The translations under genes and the position numbers were made by a program. The notes beneath the pieces are model-generated. The model was not told where the DNA came from. It made no database searches and was given only the letters and a program-made list of their open reading frames with translations. From positions 1 to 9,019 of the forward strand of contig NW_021828246.1 in NCBI RefSeq assembly GCF_006345805.1: a DNA stretch of 9,019 nt, in the 5' to 3' direction. Below, in pieces: positions 7,024-9,019 of the stretch (its first letter is position 1; the number at the start of each line of letters is the position of its first letter). Origin of the DNA: Octopus sinensis (lineage: Eukaryota).

Positions 7024-7870
7024 CATGCTATATTTCTGGTAAGGCAACTGCAGGAGAAATACCTAGCCAATGATAAAATTCTGTACTTGGCTTTCATTGA
7101 CTTGGAGAAAGCCTTTGACAAGGTCCCCAGATCCCTTATCAGGTGGGCAATGTGGAAACTTAGGATAGATGAGTGATTAGTAAAAGCTGTACAGGGATGC
7201 TGTCAGTAAGGTGAGGTTCTGCAATAGTGAAGAATTCCAGGTAGAAGTAAAGGTTCACCAAGGATCAGTCCTCAGCCCCCTCTTATTTTCATTTTAGTTC
7301 TCCAGGCAATAACAGAGGAATTCAAGACAGGCTGCTCCTGGTAGTTCCTCTATGTTGATGACTTTGTTCTCATAGTTGAATCACTCCCAGAACTAGAGAA
7401 GAAATTTCAGATGTGACAGAGTCAAAGGGCTGTTGAGTCAATGTAGCAAGAACCAAAGTCCTAGTAAGTAGGAAAGTGGACAAATCACAAACCCCTTCAG
7501 GTAGATGGTCCTGCTTGATCTGTAGAAAAGGTGAAGATAGCGTAAGTTATGGGTGCATAAGAGGTGCAGCAATATCAAAGTAAGGCTAACTGGGAAGATA
7601 GCTTTTGTGTGTGGCAGACGCACAAGGGCAATAAACATCAAAGATGTTCAGAAAACAGATTCCATCACATGCCAGGGAGAGGTGACCAAGTCTGTAGTGG
7701 GGGTGGATGCTCTGAGAGCATTGCCACTAGAATAAGAATAGCCTGGGCAAAGTTCAGAAAGCTCCTCATACTGCTTCTGGTAACAAAGAGCCTCTCACTC
7801 AGATTGAAAGGTAGACTATATGATGCATGTGTGCAAACAGCCATGCCACATGGCAGTGAAACATAGACTG
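7024..7870 (+). mobile_element. Decayed RTE-clade LINE reverse transcriptase fragment A
   Basis: AIFLVRQLQEKYL, AFIDLEKAFDKVPR (about 7090-7130), HQGSVLSPLLF (7256-7288), LYVDD (7348-7362), RTKVLV, and RIRIAWAKFR...HGSET. It has multiple stops and frameshifts. Confidence 0.9.
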
Positions 7871-7889
7871 TGTTTCTAGGTTATGCCAT

Positions 7890-8989
7890 TATAGAAGTAG
7901 TTGATAGTTTCTGTTACCTAGGTGACCGAATCAGTTGCAGGGGAGGGTGCGCTGAAAGTGTAGCTGCTAGAATAAGAATAGCCTGGGCAAAGTTCAAAGA
8001 GCTCTTACCTCTGCTGGTAACAAAGGGTCTCTTGCTAAGAGTGAAAGGTAGGGTGTATGACCCATGTGTACGAATAGCCATGCTACATGGCAGTGAAACA
8101 TAGGCTGTGACTTTTGAGGACATGTGTAAGCTCGCAAGGAATGAAGCCAGTATGCTCCACTGGATATGTAATGTCAGTGTGCATACACGACAATGTAAGC
8201 ACTCTGAGAGAAAAGTTGGACATAAGAAGCATCAGATGTGGTGTGCAAGAGAGACGATTGTGCTGGCATAGTCATATGATGTGTATGGATGAGGAAAGAA
8301 GTGTTACACCCTAGCAGTGGAAGGAACCCATGGAAGTGGGAGACCCAGTAACATATGGGATGAGGTGGTGAGGCATGACTTTGAACGTTGGGCCTTACAG
8401 AGGCAATGACAAGAGACCAAAACCTTTGGAAATATTCTGTGATTGAGAAGACCCAGCAAGTAAAGTGAGATCACAGCCGTAGCCTATACCAGTGTCACAT
8501 AACCAGCCCATTTAAAAGTACCTTTGAATCATCAGACGGTGCGCTGCGCTTGAGAAGACTTATTTAGCCGAGTAAAAACAAATCAAAACTCAAAGCAAAT
8601 CAAGATCAAAATCAAAATGGAAATTGTAGTTGTGGCTGATGCTAGTGCCACCTGACTGGCACCTGTGCTGGTGGCATGTAATAAGCACCATTCAAGCATG
8701 GGTTGATGCCAGTGCCGTTCGAGTGGCTCCCCCTTGCTGGTGGGATGTAAAAAGCACCATTTGAATATGGTCGATGTCAGTCCTCCCACCCCTGACTGGC
8801 TCCTGTGCCAGTGGCACGTAAAAAGTACCCACTACACTCTCAGAGTGGCTGGCATTAGGAAGGGCATCCAATTGTAGAAATCTTGCCAGATCAGATTGGA
8901 GCCTGGTGCAGCCCCCTGGCTTGCCAGTCTTCCAGTCAAACCATCCAACCCATGCCAGCATGAAAACAGACGTTAAACGATGATGATGA
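7890..8989 (+). mobile_element. 5'-truncated RTE-clade LINE fragment B: ORF end, 3' UTR and (GAT)n tail
   Basis: EVVDSFCYLGD...RIRIAWAKFKELLPLL...HGSET, ERRLCWHSH, GRP..WDEVVRHD, TRDQNLWKYSV. These are followed by the UTR with three subrepeats and cgttaaac(gat)n at 8971-8989. Confidence 0.9.
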
Positions 8990-9019
8990 GATATATATAA
9001 TATAATGAGAGAGAGAGAA

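Overview
AT-rich eukaryotic genomic DNA. The repeat content resembles octopus or another coleoid cephalopod (my inference, not database-checked). The only supportable host gene is three short, phase-compatible + strand exons (108-243, 2872-3002, 6587-6698), none of which is resolved as an exon in the ORF track. Spliced, they read GSHYSSYLYDAVFIYALLVKKCLTSQLDFRNGSLMLEIARNITFISDAIMSPVQFDSNADRMPVYTIWDYTSPTGIGRLVAIEELSYSEKYIKMVAPFKWFTKDGKAPADVPECGFDGSLCIYDNS. This is the C-terminal part of an ANF-receptor-type ectodomain plus the juxtamembrane P-x-D-x-P-x-C-G-F-x-G-x-x-C motif of receptor guanylyl cyclases / natriuretic peptide receptors. The introns are filled with retroelements: four copies of one RTE-type LINE 3' end in alternating orientation, decayed RTE reverse transcriptase fragments, a tandem array carrying two tRNA-derived SINE remnants, and very long (CATA)n/(TATG)n arrays. 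All MYVC/HTYI-type ORFs are microsatellite artefacts. The most interesting signal is an apparent LINE plus non-autonomous partner pair. It consists of a decayed RTE C-terminus with three C2H2 fingers and a 550-bp element with a 25-bp target duplication. The two share a covarying 3' stem-loop, and both sit in (TATG)n in the same orientation. The inverted repeat copies bracketing the exons could also drive dsRNA editing, exon skipping or back-splicing. No prokaryotic features or CRISPR array are present, and nothing here proves a new system.
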